The notes beneath the pieces were generated by a model that was given only the letters and a program-made list of their open reading frames with translations, searched no databases and was not told the DNA's origin. The translations under genes were made by a program, and so were the position numbers. Below, piece after piece: positions 8,111-17,658 of a stretch of 64,000 nt of DNA (positions are counted from its first letter, which is position 1; the number at the start of each line of letters is the position of its first letter). Source of the stretch: a bacterium. GTDB taxonomy: Bacteria > Bacillota > Clostridia > Oscillospirales > CAG-272. Where the stretch lies: positions 7,830-71,829 of the forward strand of contig CAVIJF010000001.1 of the NCBI GenBank assembly GCA_963643175.1. Reading direction: 5' to 3'.

Positions 8111-11100
8111 ATGAATCCGAAACTGTATTTCCGCCTGCTTTGCGCTGTTCTCACCGTCTGCCTGCTTCTGCCGCTTGCTGCCGCCTGCCGCCGGCAGGGA
8201 GGGGAAGACACTGCCACAACGGCGGGTACTTCCGCCGACCCTGCCGGTGCGGAAACCGGAAGCACCGGGGACGGGGAGATGACCGGCGGGCAGGACGACC
8301 CCTTTGTCCCGATCGATACAGGCTTTTCGATCAGCCGCCTGCGCGTCAATAACCTGACGTCTCCGCTGGGGCTGGATGATGCCGCCCCTCTGTTCAGCTG
8401 GAACATGACGACCGGGGCGGAGGACACCGTGCGGGGGCGTGTACAGACCGCCTACCGGGTGCTGGTGACATCCGACCGGGAGAGGCTCGCGTCCGGTGTG
8501 GCGGATATGTGGGACAGCGGAACCATGCAGGACGGCGCCTCGATCAACATCCGCTATGCGGGTGCGCCGCTTCTGCCGATGACCCGCTATTTCTGGACCG
8601 TGCAGGTCACGGACGGAAACGGAAAAACGCAGACCGCCCCGGCGGCGTGGTTCGAAACCGGCGTTGGGGAGGACGGCTTTGCCGATGCCTCGTGGATCGG
8701 GGCGGCGTCGAGCGCGTTCAATCTCGGCGAGGCGTGCTGGATATGGCAGACGGGCGGTGCCGCCGACGGGCGGATTCCGGCGGAGACACAGCTGTTCCGC
8801 CGCCGCTTCAGACCGGCGAACGGCAAGTCCGTGGCAAGCGCCGTCCTGCTGTTCACCGCCGACGACTGCGGAACCGTGTATCTGAACGGCAGGCAGGTCG
8901 GCGAGATACCGCGTCAGACCGACTCGTGGAAGAACGGGCAGATCGTGGACGTGACAGCCCTGCTGACCGCCGGGGACAACCTGCTGGCGGCGTCCGTTAC
9001 CAATACCGAGGTGGGGTATGCCGGATTTATCGCGCACTTGATTCTGACCTATACCGACGGCTCGCATGATTCTGTCGTGACGGACGCGCAGGGTTGGCGC
9101 GTCAGTCGGGACAGGATTGCGGAGTTTGCATCGCCGGACTGTGACGACAGCGGAGCGGGCTGGAGCACCCCGGATCAGTCTGTCCGGTACGGCAGCGGCG
9201 CATGGGCAAGCATGGTTTCCTTCACGGGTGGCACAGCGCTCCCGGAGGGCAATTCCGCCCCCATGCTGCGGCGCGAGTTTACCCTGCCGGATAAGGAAAT
9301 CGTGACAGCCCGCGTCTATGCCACCTCGGCGGGCATCTATGACCTGTACCTGAACGGACAGCGGGTGGGCGACGCCTACCTGACACCCTCCTGGACGGAG
9401 TACGACTCCCACATCCTGTACCAGACCTACGATGTGACGGAGCTGGTCCGCACCGGCGGGAATGCGCTGGGGGTGCAGCTTGGCAACGGGTGGTACTGCG
9501 GGCGCATCGGTTCCTACGGCGGCACGGCACCTGCCTTCATCGGCAGACTGGTCGTCACCTTTGCGGACGGATCAACCGTCGGAATTGTCAGTGACGGCAG
9601 CTGGAGCGTCTTCACGAACGGTCCTGTACTGGAGAACGATCTGTTTGACGGCGAGACCTATGACGCACGGCGCCTGCCGGACGGCTGGGCGGAAGCCGGA
9701 TTTGACGGGACGGACTGGCGCCCCGTCCGCGTGACCTCGGCGGAGGCACTGGGCGTCGGGAAGATTATCGCCCAGTTTGTCGGCAACATTAAGGTCATGG
9801 ACAGCGTGCAGGCGGTTTCGGTCAGGCGGGTTGCGGATAAGACCTACATTTACGACTTCGGACAGAACCTTTCCGGCGTGGCATCGGTCACGCTGACCGG
9901 CGAGGCGGGACAGTCCGTGAAGCTTCGTTTTGCCGAGATACTCAATGACGGCAGCGGAACCGGTGACGGCAGGGAGGGAACGCTGTACACGCAGAATCTG
10001 CGCTCTGCCAGGAATACCGACGTGTACATCCTGCGCGGGGACTCTGCGGGCGAGACGTGGTACCCGACGCTGACCTACCGAGGTTTCCGCTATGTCGAAA
10101 TATCCGGTATCGGGGAGCCGCTGCCGCTGGAGGCGGTGACGGCGCGTGTGCTGTACACCGAAATGGAGGATACGGGCAGCTTTGACTGCTCGGAGGCGCT
10201 GATTAACCGGCTGTGGTCCAATACATACTGGGGACAGCGCGGCAATTTCCTGTCGGTGCCGACCGACTGCCCACAGCGAGACGAGCGCATGGGCTGGTCG
10301 GGCGATGCGCAGATATTCTGCGGCACGGCGGCGTATAATATGGACGTGCGGCAGTTCTTCGCGCAGTACGTGATGGCGCTGAATGACTGCCAGTTGGGCA
10401 ACGGCGCCTATACCGATGTGGCGCCCGGCAATCAGCGTGCCGCCTACACCGGCGCCGGGCACAACGCATGGGCGGATGCGGGCATCATCATCCCCTACAC
10501 CATGGGTATCCGCTACGGCGATACGGGTCTTGCCGAAACCTACTGGAAGAACATGGAGAGCTATATCCGCTACCTTGTACGGGACGCGGGGCGCGATTTC
10601 ATCCGGGACACGCAGCCTATGTACGGCGACTGGCTGTCCATCGGCGAATCCACGCCGCTGGCGGTCTGCGATACCGCCTGGTGCGTCTACGTCTGCGACC
10701 TGATGGCGGAGATGGCGGGCTGGTTCGGTAAGGATAACGCGGCGGCGACCTACGCCGGGTATGCGGAATCCTTCCGCAACGCATGGTGCGGCGCCTTCCT
10801 GCGGGAGGACGGCACCACGTCCTGCGGCACGCAGACATCCTACGCGCTGGCACTTGCTTTCGGGATCATTCCGGAGGAACTGCGTGCGGCGTCGGCGGCT
10901 CAGTTGGCTCTGAATATCGCCAATCACGGCTGGAAGCTGACCACGGGCTTTATGGGCGTGTCCTTCCTTCTGCCCGTGCTGACCGAATACGGCTACACTG
11001 ACGTTGCCTATAAACTGCTGGAGCAGGAAGAGTATCCCTCCTGGATATACCCGATTCTGCAGGGCGCCACCACAATCTGGGAGCGCTGGAATTCCTATAC

Positions 11101-12793
11101 GGTGGAGTCCGGCTTCGGCGATGCGGGCATGAATTCCTTCAATCACTACTCCTACGGCTCCGTCATGGAGTGGGTGTACAGCACCATGCTGGGCATCTCG
11201 GACGACGGCACGACCTCTGCGTACCGGCACTTTGTGCTGAAGCCCACCCCCGGCGGCAGTCTGACGCATGCCTCCGGCAGCTTTGTCTCCCCCTACGGGA
11301 CAGTACAGTCCGGCTGGCGTCTGGAGAACGGATACCTGACTTATACCTGCACGGTTCCCGCCAACACGACAGCCACGCTGTACCTGCCCGGCGCGGAAAA
11401 CGCGTCGGTGCTGGAATCCGGGCGGGAGCTGTCCGGCGTATCCGGCGTGACGGTGCGCGGGTACGGGGACGGGCGGCATATCCTGACGCTGGTGTCCGGC
11501 ACCTATACCTTCACACTGCCTGCACAGGATTCAACGGGCGGAATCAGTATGCTGCGCATCAGCAATCCGGACGGTATTCCCGCAACGGTTCTGCTGGACG
11601 GAAAAGCGATAGAGTTCGGTATGAATCTTCTCCCCGGCGGTACCCACACGCTGTCGGTGGTCTGCGAGGACGAGGCGTATGCCTTCGCTTACGCGAGCGG
11701 GGACGTGTTCTTTGCCTCTTCCGAGGTGACGCTGAATCTTTCGGGCGAGGCGGATATTGAACTGCACTTCGGCAGTCGCGGCACGGGTGCCGGCACGTCG
11801 GCGCTGACGGTTGCCGCGCCGGGCTGTACACAGGCGTTTGTCAACGGGCAGGCTGTCCCGCTCCCGCACACCGTGAGCGGTAAGGCGGGCGATACGGTCA
11901 CAGTCGAGCTGGTACCGCCTGCGGGCTACTGCTTCGCGGGCTGGGACGACGGCACGACGACTTATCCCGCGGTCTTTACGCTGGGCGGCACGAACCGCAC
12001 CGTGACCGCGCGGATCGGACGGCTTCCCATGCTGGACAGCCTGCTTGCAGGCGTTACTGCCACGGGCAACGATACCTCCCTGTCCACCGCCGCATGGAAT
12101 TTCGGAAACCTGACAGACGGTGTGACGATCGGAACCGGCTACTCGTCCGGCGGAAACTATACATCCCCGAAGCTTCGGACGCCGGTTTATCTGGATTTTG
12201 CGTTTCCTGCGCCGACTTACACCGACCGGGTTGTGCTGTGGCCCCGCACGGATGCCGAATCCTTGAGCGGCGGATTGCATGCCTTCCCTCAGGACTTCAC
12301 GGTTTCCGTCCGTCCGGAGGGTTCGTCTAACTATGTTACGGTTGCGGAGTACGCCGGTCTTTCGGACAGGAGCCAGCCGTTTACCGTGGACTTTACCGGA
12401 CAGACCGTGACGCATATCCGGATTACCGTTACCAGAACAGCGGCACGGCTGACGCCGCAGGACAGCATTTACCGCGTTCAGTTCGCGGAGATTCAGGCAT
12501 TCGATACCCGCAGCGGCGCCTGCGTGACGCCGGTTTCCGCCGTGGACGTGCGGAGTGTCGGCACGGCGGAAGCCCCTGCCTTTGCGGCTTCGGTGGCGCC
12601 TGCGGATGCGTACAGCACCGCGCTTGTGTGGCTTGTGCTGGATGCGGACGGAAAGCCGGCTGCCGATGTGACCGCCACGGTGCGGGATGGAGTTCTGTAC
12701 CTGCATGGTGCACGTGTCGGAGGAACTTATGTCATTCTGGCGGTAGCGGCGGACGGATCCGGGGCGCGCGGCAGTATTGACTGGACGGCGTGA
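8111..12793 (+). CDS. Alpha-L-rhamnosidase (GH78) lipoprotein with C-terminal F5/8-type-C-like and Ig-like modules
   Basis: 1560 aa. Signal peptide plus lipobox (LLLPLAAAC). GH78 signature SVPTDCPQRDERMGWSGDAQIF. A discoidin-like segment (…VVLWPRTD…FAEIQAF) lies near the C-terminus. Confidence 0.85.
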   Translation: MNPKLYFRLLCAVLTVCLLLPLAAACRRQGGEDTATTAGTSADPAGAETGSTGDGEMTGGQDDPFVPIDTGFSISRLRVNNLTSPLGLDDAAPLFSWNMTTGAEDTVRGRVQTAYRVLVTSDRERLASGVADMWDSGTMQDGASINIRYAGAPLLPMTRYFWTVQVTDGNGKTQTAPAAWFETGVGEDGFADASWIGAASSAFNLGEACWIWQTGGAADGRIPAETQLFRRRFRPANGKSVASAVLLFTADDCGTVYLNGRQVGEIPRQTDSWKNGQIVDVTALLTAGDNLLAASVTNTEVGYAGFIAHLILTYTDGSHDSVVTDAQGWRVSRDRIAEFASPDCDDSGAGWSTPDQSVRYGSGAWASMVSFTGGTALPEGNSAPMLRREFTLPDKEIVTARVYATSAGIYDLYLNGQRVGDAYLTPSWTEYDSHILYQTYDVTELVRTGGNALGVQLGNGWYCGRIGSYGGTAPAFIGRLVVTFADGSTVGIVSDGSWSVFTNGPVLENDLFDGETYDARRLPDGWAEAGFDGTDWRPVRVTSAEALGVGKIIAQFVGNIKVMDSVQAVSVRRVADKTYIYDFGQNLSGVASVTLTGEAGQSVKLRFAEILNDGSGTGDGREGTLYTQNLRSARNTDVYILRGDSAGETWYPTLTYRGFRYVEISGIGEPLPLEAVTARVLYTEMEDTGSFDCSEALINRLWSNTYWGQRGNFLSVPTDCPQRDERMGWSGDAQIFCGTAAYNMDVRQFFAQYVMALNDCQLGNGAYTDVAPGNQRAAYTGAGHNAWADAGIIIPYTMGIRYGDTGLAETYWKNMESYIRYLVRDAGRDFIRDTQPMYGDWLSIGESTPLAVCDTAWCVYVCDLMAEMAGWFGKDNAAATYAGYAESFRNAWCGAFLREDGTTSCGTQTSYALALAFGIIPEELRAASAAQLALNIANHGWKLTTGFMGVSFLLPVLTEYGYTDVAYKLLEQEEYPSWIYPILQGATTIWERWNSYTVESGFGDAGMNSFNHYSYGSVMEWVYSTMLGISDDGTTSAYRHFVLKPTPGGSLTHASGSFVSPYGTVQSGWRLENGYLTYTCTVPANTTATLYLPGAENASVLESGRELSGVSGVTVRGYGDGRHILTLVSGTYTFTLPAQDSTGGISMLRISNPDGIPATVLLDGKAIEFGMNLLPGGTHTLSVVCEDEAYAFAYASGDVFFASSEVTLNLSGEADIELHFGSRGTGAGTSALTVAAPGCTQAFVNGQAVPLPHTVSGKAGDTVTVELVPPAGYCFAGWDDGTTTYPAVFTLGGTNRTVTARIGRLPMLDSLLAGVTATGNDTSLSTAAWNFGNLTDGVTIGTGYSSGGNYTSPKLRTPVYLDFAFPAPTYTDRVVLWPRTDAESLSGGLHAFPQDFTVSVRPEGSSNYVTVAEYAGLSDRSQPFTVDFTGQTVTHIRITVTRTAARLTPQDSIYRVQFAEIQAFDTRSGACVTPVSAVDVRSVGTAEAPAFAASVAPADAYSTALVWLVLDADGKPAADVTATVRDGVLYLHGARVGGTYVILAVAADGSGARGSIDWTA

Positions 12794-12918
12794 GTGCGGC
12801 TGATGGGAGGGTTGTCCCTGCCGGGGCGGCTGACTTTGCCGTCCCGGTACCCGTCGGGGCACAAGGCACCCTCTCCCGGTACCGGGAACCGCCCAAGGTA
12901 AATTTTCCGCACTTGCTC

Positions 12919-12947
12919 TTGACGCAAGGGGCGGAATGTGCTATAAT
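12919..12947 (+). promoter_or_regulatory. Sigma-A type promoter for miaB
   Basis: TTGACG (12919-12924), 17 nt, TGcTATAAT (-10 at 12942-12947). Confidence 0.6.
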
Positions 12948-13001
12948 AAGACCCGACTTGCCGCACAGCGCGGCACATTTTCACAGATACAAGGAAACCG
13001 T

Positions 13002-14453
13002 ATGACAGATAAGACGAAAAGGTCGCTGCCGCCGCACGACGAAGCCGAGCGGCAGGACGCCATCCGGGCGGTGCACGCACTCAACGCCGCCTATACAGCC
13101 GCCGGACGCCGAAGGGGCGTCTATGTGCTGACCTTCGGCTGCCAGCAGAACGAGGCGGATAGTGAAAAACTGTCCGGCATGGCGCAGGAGATGGGCTATA
13201 CACCGGTGGAGCGCCCGGAGGACGCAGACCTCATTCTGGTCAACACCTGCGCTATCCGGGAGCACGCCGAGAGCCGGGCACTGGCAACGGTCGGGCAGTA
13301 CAAAAAACTGCGGCAGGATAACCCGGAACTGGTCATCGGCGTCTGCGGATGCCTGCCGTCGCAGGAGCACCGCCGGGAGGAACTGAAGCGGAGCTATCCT
13401 TATGTGACCTTCTGCCTGGATACCGCGTCGCTTTACCGCCTGCCGACCGTCCTGCGCTACTGCCTGGAGACGCACCGCCGGTCGCTTTTACCGGAGGACG
13501 AGACGTCGTCGGGTACCGATGCGGGGCAGGAGATACCCGTTCTCCGTACCTCCTCCTACCGCGCGTGGGTGTCCGTTATGTATGGATGCAACAATTTCTG
13601 CTCCTACTGCATCGTCCCGTATGTCCGCGGACGCGAACGCAGCCGCCCGCGCGAGGCAGTCGTGCGTGAGGTGCGGGAGCTGGTCGAAGCCGGCTACCGC
13701 GACATCACCCTGCTGGGGCAGAATGTCAATTCCTACGGGCGTGGGTTGGCGGAGCCGTGCGATTTTGCCGCACTGGTGGAGGAGCTGGACACCATCCCCG
13801 GTGACTGGTGGCTGCGCTTCATGACCAGCCATCCGAAGGATGCCAGCCGGCGTCTCATTGACGTCATGGCGGCGGGCAGGCATATCGCCCCCGCGTTTCA
13901 CCTGCCGCTGCAGTCCGGCAATGACCGCGTTCTGCACGCCATGAACCGGCATTACGATATGGCGCGGTACACGGATACCGTCCGCTATATGCGCAGGAAG
14001 ATACCGAATCTGACGCTGACCTCCGACATCATCGTCGGCTTCCCCGGCGAGACGGAGGCGGAGTTTGAGGATACCCTGCGGGCACTTTCCGACATCCGCT
14101 TTGATATGATTTACTCCTTCATCTACTCCCCCCGCAAGGGAACTCCGGCGGCGGAGATGGAGCAGGTTCCGGAGGAGGTGCAGAAGCAGCGTTTCGCGCG
14201 GATGCTAGAGCTGCAGAACGGCATTTCTATGGAGAAAAACCAGCCGCTGGTCGGCGAAACGCTGCAGGTTCTGTGCGACGGGGTGAGCAAGAGCAACGCC
14301 GACCTGTGGACGGGGCGCACAGCCGGAAACAAAAGCGTTTTCTTCCCCGGGTCGCCAGAGACAACACCGGTCGGGCAGTTTGTCCCCGTGCGCATCGGGC
14401 GCGCCGCCCCCTTCGCCCTGTACGGGACTGCAGAAGGCGCGGGAAGCAAGTGA
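13002..14453 (+). CDS. miaB: tRNA-2-methylthio-N6-dimethylallyladenosine synthase
   Basis: Internal ATG of ORF 12936..14453, with RBS aaggaa. Motifs TFGCQQNEADSE, radical-SAM CNNFCSYC and a TRAM domain. Confidence 0.92.
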   Translation: MTDKTKRSLPPHDEAERQDAIRAVHALNAAYTAAGRRRGVYVLTFGCQQNEADSEKLSGMAQEMGYTPVERPEDADLILVNTCAIREHAESRALATVGQYKKLRQDNPELVIGVCGCLPSQEHRREELKRSYPYVTFCLDTASLYRLPTVLRYCLETHRRSLLPEDETSSGTDAGQEIPVLRTSSYRAWVSVMYGCNNFCSYCIVPYVRGRERSRPREAVVREVRELVEAGYRDITLLGQNVNSYGRGLAEPCDFAALVEELDTIPGDWWLRFMTSHPKDASRRLIDVMAAGRHIAPAFHLPLQSGNDRVLHAMNRHYDMARYTDTVRYMRRKIPNLTLTSDIIVGFPGETEAEFEDTLRALSDIRFDMIYSFIYSPRKGTPAAEMEQVPEEVQKQRFARMLELQNGISMEKNQPLVGETLQVLCDGVSKSNADLWTGRTAGNKSVFFPGSPETTPVGQFVPVRIGRAAPFALYGTAEGAGSK

Positions 14454-14503
14454 CAGCTGTCAGACAGCGGAGTACAGAATAACAGAACCGGGAGGATTAT
14501 ACC

Positions 14504-14944
14504 ATGACTGATAACGGAAACGAGAATAAAACAAGCGAAGGCGTGCGCCTTGACCCCTCCAATGTGTTTGAGATGGCGATGGTTCTTGGCAAGGCACTCA
14601 AGAACGATCCGCGCCTTGTCCGTATGGACAGGGCAAAGGAAGCCTATCAGGAGGATGAGGATTTGTGCCGTATGCTGACCGAGTATGAGGTGCAGCGCAA
14701 GGCTATCGAGCAGGTAGCGGGCGACGGGGACTACGACCCCGACCTTGTGCGGCAGATTCAGGAGCGTATCGATGAGCTGTACGGGGAAATCGCGGCGAAC
14801 CCTGCCTTTATCGAGCTGAACGAGTCGCAGGCCGCCGTCAACAACCTGATGAACGCGGTGAACAATACCATCATGTTTGCCATCACCGGGGAGATGCCCT
14901 CAGGCTGTACGCATGACTGCTCCAGCTGCGGCGGCTGCCACTGA
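14504..14944 (+). CDS. ymcA: YlbF/YmcA (RicA-like) family protein with a C-terminal Cys4 tail
   Basis: 146 aa, helical YlbF/YmcA-like sequence. Its position between miaB and mutS matches B. subtilis ymcB(miaB)-ymcA-…-mutS-mutL. The tail reads SGCTHDCSSCGGCH. Confidence 0.7.
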   Translation: MTDNGNENKTSEGVRLDPSNVFEMAMVLGKALKNDPRLVRMDRAKEAYQEDEDLCRMLTEYEVQRKAIEQVAGDGDYDPDLVRQIQERIDELYGEIAANPAFIELNESQAAVNNLMNAVNNTIMFAITGEMPSGCTHDCSSCGGCH

Positions 14945-14996
14945 CGGAGCCGCCCCGCCGCGCGATTCCTGATCCCAACGAGAGGAGAACCGAACC

Positions 14997-17600
14997 ATGA
15001 CGCCCATGATGGAGCAATATCTGGAAGTCAAAAATCAATATAAGGACTACCTGCTGTTTTATCGGCTGGGGGACTTCTACGAGATGTTTTTTGACGATGC
15101 CATCACCGCCTCGCGCGAGCTGGAGCTGACCCTGACCGGGCGCGACTGCGGCGAGGAGGAGCGCGCTCCCATGTGCGGTGTTCCGTTCCACGCTGCCGAT
15201 GTCTACATCGGCAAGCTGATTGAGAAAGGCTATAAGGTCGCCGTCTGCGAGCAGATGGAGGACCCCGCGCTGGCAAAGGGACTGGTCAGGCGGGAGGTTA
15301 TCCGGGTCGTGACGCCCGGCACCGTCATCGAAAGTTCGCTCCTGCCGGAGCAGAAGAACAACTACCTGTGCGCCCTGTATGTCAGCGAGCTGGAATACGG
15401 GGTGTGTTTTGCCGACCTGTCCACTGCACAGGTCTTTGCAACGGTCATTGACGGGGCGCGGATGGACGAGGAACTGCTGGGGGAGCTGGGTACCTATGCG
15501 CCGCGTGAGGTGATTCTCAATGTCGGCGCCCGGCGCTGTGCCAAGGCGGCGGACTGGCTGAAAAGTCAGGGCGCCATGCTTTCGGACAATCAGGCGGGAC
15601 GCTTCGATCCCGCCGACTGCGCCGCCCGCGTGAAGGAGCGCTTCGGCGACACGCTCAGACCGGAGGTTCTGGAGAACAGACCGCTGGTGTGCGCCGTCGG
15701 CGCCCTGCTGGATTATCTGACCGAAACGCAGAAAACCGACCTTGCTACCCTCCGGGAACTGCGGGTGTACAGTGAGGGGCAGTATCTCGGTCTTGACCTT
15801 AATACGCGTCGCAATCTGGAACTGACCGAAACCATGCGCACCAAGGAGAAGAAGGGAACGCTTCTCTGGGTGCTGGATCATACCAAAACCTCGCCCGGTG
15901 CGCGTCTGCTCCGGCAGTGGGTGGAGCACCCGCTGCTCTCCCCGGCGCACATTGCCCGCCGACAGAGTGCGGTAGAGGAGCTGGTCGGGGACTACATGAA
16001 GCGGGAGGAGTTGGGGGAACTGCTCTCGCACGTACTGGATATGGAGCGGCTTATCACGCGCATTGTGTTCGGCACTGCGGGCGGGAAGGATCTGCGTGCG
16101 GTGTGCGCTACGGCATCGCTGCTGCCGGATATCCGCCGCCTGCTGGAGGGCTGCCAGAGTGAGGAACTCAAGCGCATCTGGCGGGAAATGGATCTGCTGG
16201 AGGACGTCTGCGCGGAAATCGGACGGGCGTTGGTGGAGGAGCCGCCCTTCTCGGTGCGCGACGGCGGCATGATAGCCGACGGCTACGACGCCGAGGTGGA
16301 TCGCCTGCGCTCCGTCATGAACGACGGGCAGGGATGGGTTGACCGGGTTGCCGCAGAGGAAAAGGCGCGTACCGGCATCAAAACACTCAAGGTCGGCTAT
16401 AACAAGGTGTTCGGCTATTACATAGAGGTGTCCAAGTCCTTTGCGGATCAGGTGCCCGACAACTATATACGCAAGCAGACGCTGGTCGGGGCAGAGCGCT
16501 ATATCACGCAGGAACTGAAGGACATGGAAGCTACCATTTTGGGCGCCAAGGACAAGCTGTGCGCACTGGAGTATGAGCTGTTCTGCAAACTGCGTGGCTT
16601 CGTTGCCGATCGGAGCGAGCGTATCCAGAAGACCGCCGCCCTGCTGGCGGAGGCTGACGTTTACCGGAGCCTTGCCTCGGTGGCATCGCGCAATCGGTAT
16701 GTCCGTCCCGAAGTCGCGGAGGACGACCGCATCAGCATCCGGGACGGGCGCCACCCCGTGGTGGAGAAATTCGTCAAGGACGGCTACTTCGTCCCGAACG
16801 ACGCCGACCTTGACACCCGCGACAACCGGCTCATGCTGATAACAGGTCCCAATATGGCGGGTAAATCCACCTATATGCGGCAGGTCGCGCTGATTGTTCT
16901 GATGGCGCAGATAGGCTCCTTCGTCCCGGCATCCTCCGCACACATCGGCATCGCGGATAGGATATTCACCCGCGTGGGGGCATCCGACGATCTGGCGTCC
17001 GGGCAGTCCACCTTCATGCTGGAAATGACCGAGGTATCCGCCATCCTGCGCGGAGCGACACGCAAAAGCCTGATTATTTACGATGAGGTCGGGCGCGGAA
17101 CCTCCACCTTTGACGGGATGAGCATCGCCCGCGCTATCATTGAGTACACCGCCGGAAGGAAAATCGGCGCCCGCACCCTGTTCGCCACGCATTATCACGA
17201 GCTGACCGGGATGGAAGGCGCCTACGACGGGATAGTCAATTATCACATCGCTGCCCGCAAGCGCGGGGATACTGTGACCTTCCTGCGCAAGATTGTGCGC
17301 GGTTCCACGGACGACAGTTTCGGCATCGAGGTCGCCAAGCTGGCGGGACTGCCGAACGAGGTGATACGGCGTGCCCGTGAGATACTGGCAGCCGTGGAGA
17401 CTTCCTCCCATGCAGTGCGCGAGGCGGTGGACGAGGCGGACAGCGGCAGAAAAACCGCAAGGCCGGACGACGGTGCCCTATCGCTGGACGACTGCCTGAA
17501 TGCCCGCCTCATCGACGAGCTGCGGGCACTGGATGTCAACACGCTTTCCCCGTTTGAATGCATGAGCCTGCTGTTTGAGTGGAAAAAGCAGATACGCTGA
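14997..17600 (+). CDS. mutS: DNA mismatch repair protein MutS
   Basis: MTPMMEQYLEVKNQY…FYRLGDFYEMFFDDA N-terminus and Walker A GPNMAGKST. Confidence 0.97.
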   Translation: MTPMMEQYLEVKNQYKDYLLFYRLGDFYEMFFDDAITASRELELTLTGRDCGEEERAPMCGVPFHAADVYIGKLIEKGYKVAVCEQMEDPALAKGLVRREVIRVVTPGTVIESSLLPEQKNNYLCALYVSELEYGVCFADLSTAQVFATVIDGARMDEELLGELGTYAPREVILNVGARRCAKAADWLKSQGAMLSDNQAGRFDPADCAARVKERFGDTLRPEVLENRPLVCAVGALLDYLTETQKTDLATLRELRVYSEGQYLGLDLNTRRNLELTETMRTKEKKGTLLWVLDHTKTSPGARLLRQWVEHPLLSPAHIARRQSAVEELVGDYMKREELGELLSHVLDMERLITRIVFGTAGGKDLRAVCATASLLPDIRRLLEGCQSEELKRIWREMDLLEDVCAEIGRALVEEPPFSVRDGGMIADGYDAEVDRLRSVMNDGQGWVDRVAAEEKARTGIKTLKVGYNKVFGYYIEVSKSFADQVPDNYIRKQTLVGAERYITQELKDMEATILGAKDKLCALEYELFCKLRGFVADRSERIQKTAALLAEADVYRSLASVASRNRYVRPEVAEDDRISIRDGRHPVVEKFVKDGYFVPNDADLDTRDNRLMLITGPNMAGKSTYMRQVALIVLMAQIGSFVPASSAHIGIADRIFTRVGASDDLASGQSTFMLEMTEVSAILRGATRKSLIIYDEVGRGTSTFDGMSIARAIIEYTAGRKIGARTLFATHYHELTGMEGAYDGIVNYHIAARKRGDTVTFLRKIVRGSTDDSFGIEVAKLAGLPNEVIRRAREILAAVETSSHAVREAVDEADSGRKTARPDDGALSLDDCLNARLIDELRALDVNTLSPFECMSLLFEWKKQIR

Positions 17601-17658
17601 AACGACGGAACAGCGGAATTGCAGGAAAACGCGTTTCTGAACCGGATAAGGAGGATCA

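Noticed and set aside
14883-17411. Very long ORFs antisense to, or out of frame with, recognised genes. Examples: 14883..17411(-) opposite mutS, 17656..19965(-) opposite mutL, 2058..3704(-) opposite alaS, 5765..7588(-), 9572..11479(-), 34093..36216(-), 36306..38174(-), 56692..58512(+), 58516..60690(+), 62216..63991(-), 147..965(+).
   Set aside because: These are typical high-GC shadow ORFs. Their translations are Arg/Gly/Ala/Pro/His-rich and lack motifs or an RBS. Each fully overlaps a gene with unmistakable family signatures on the other strand or frame.
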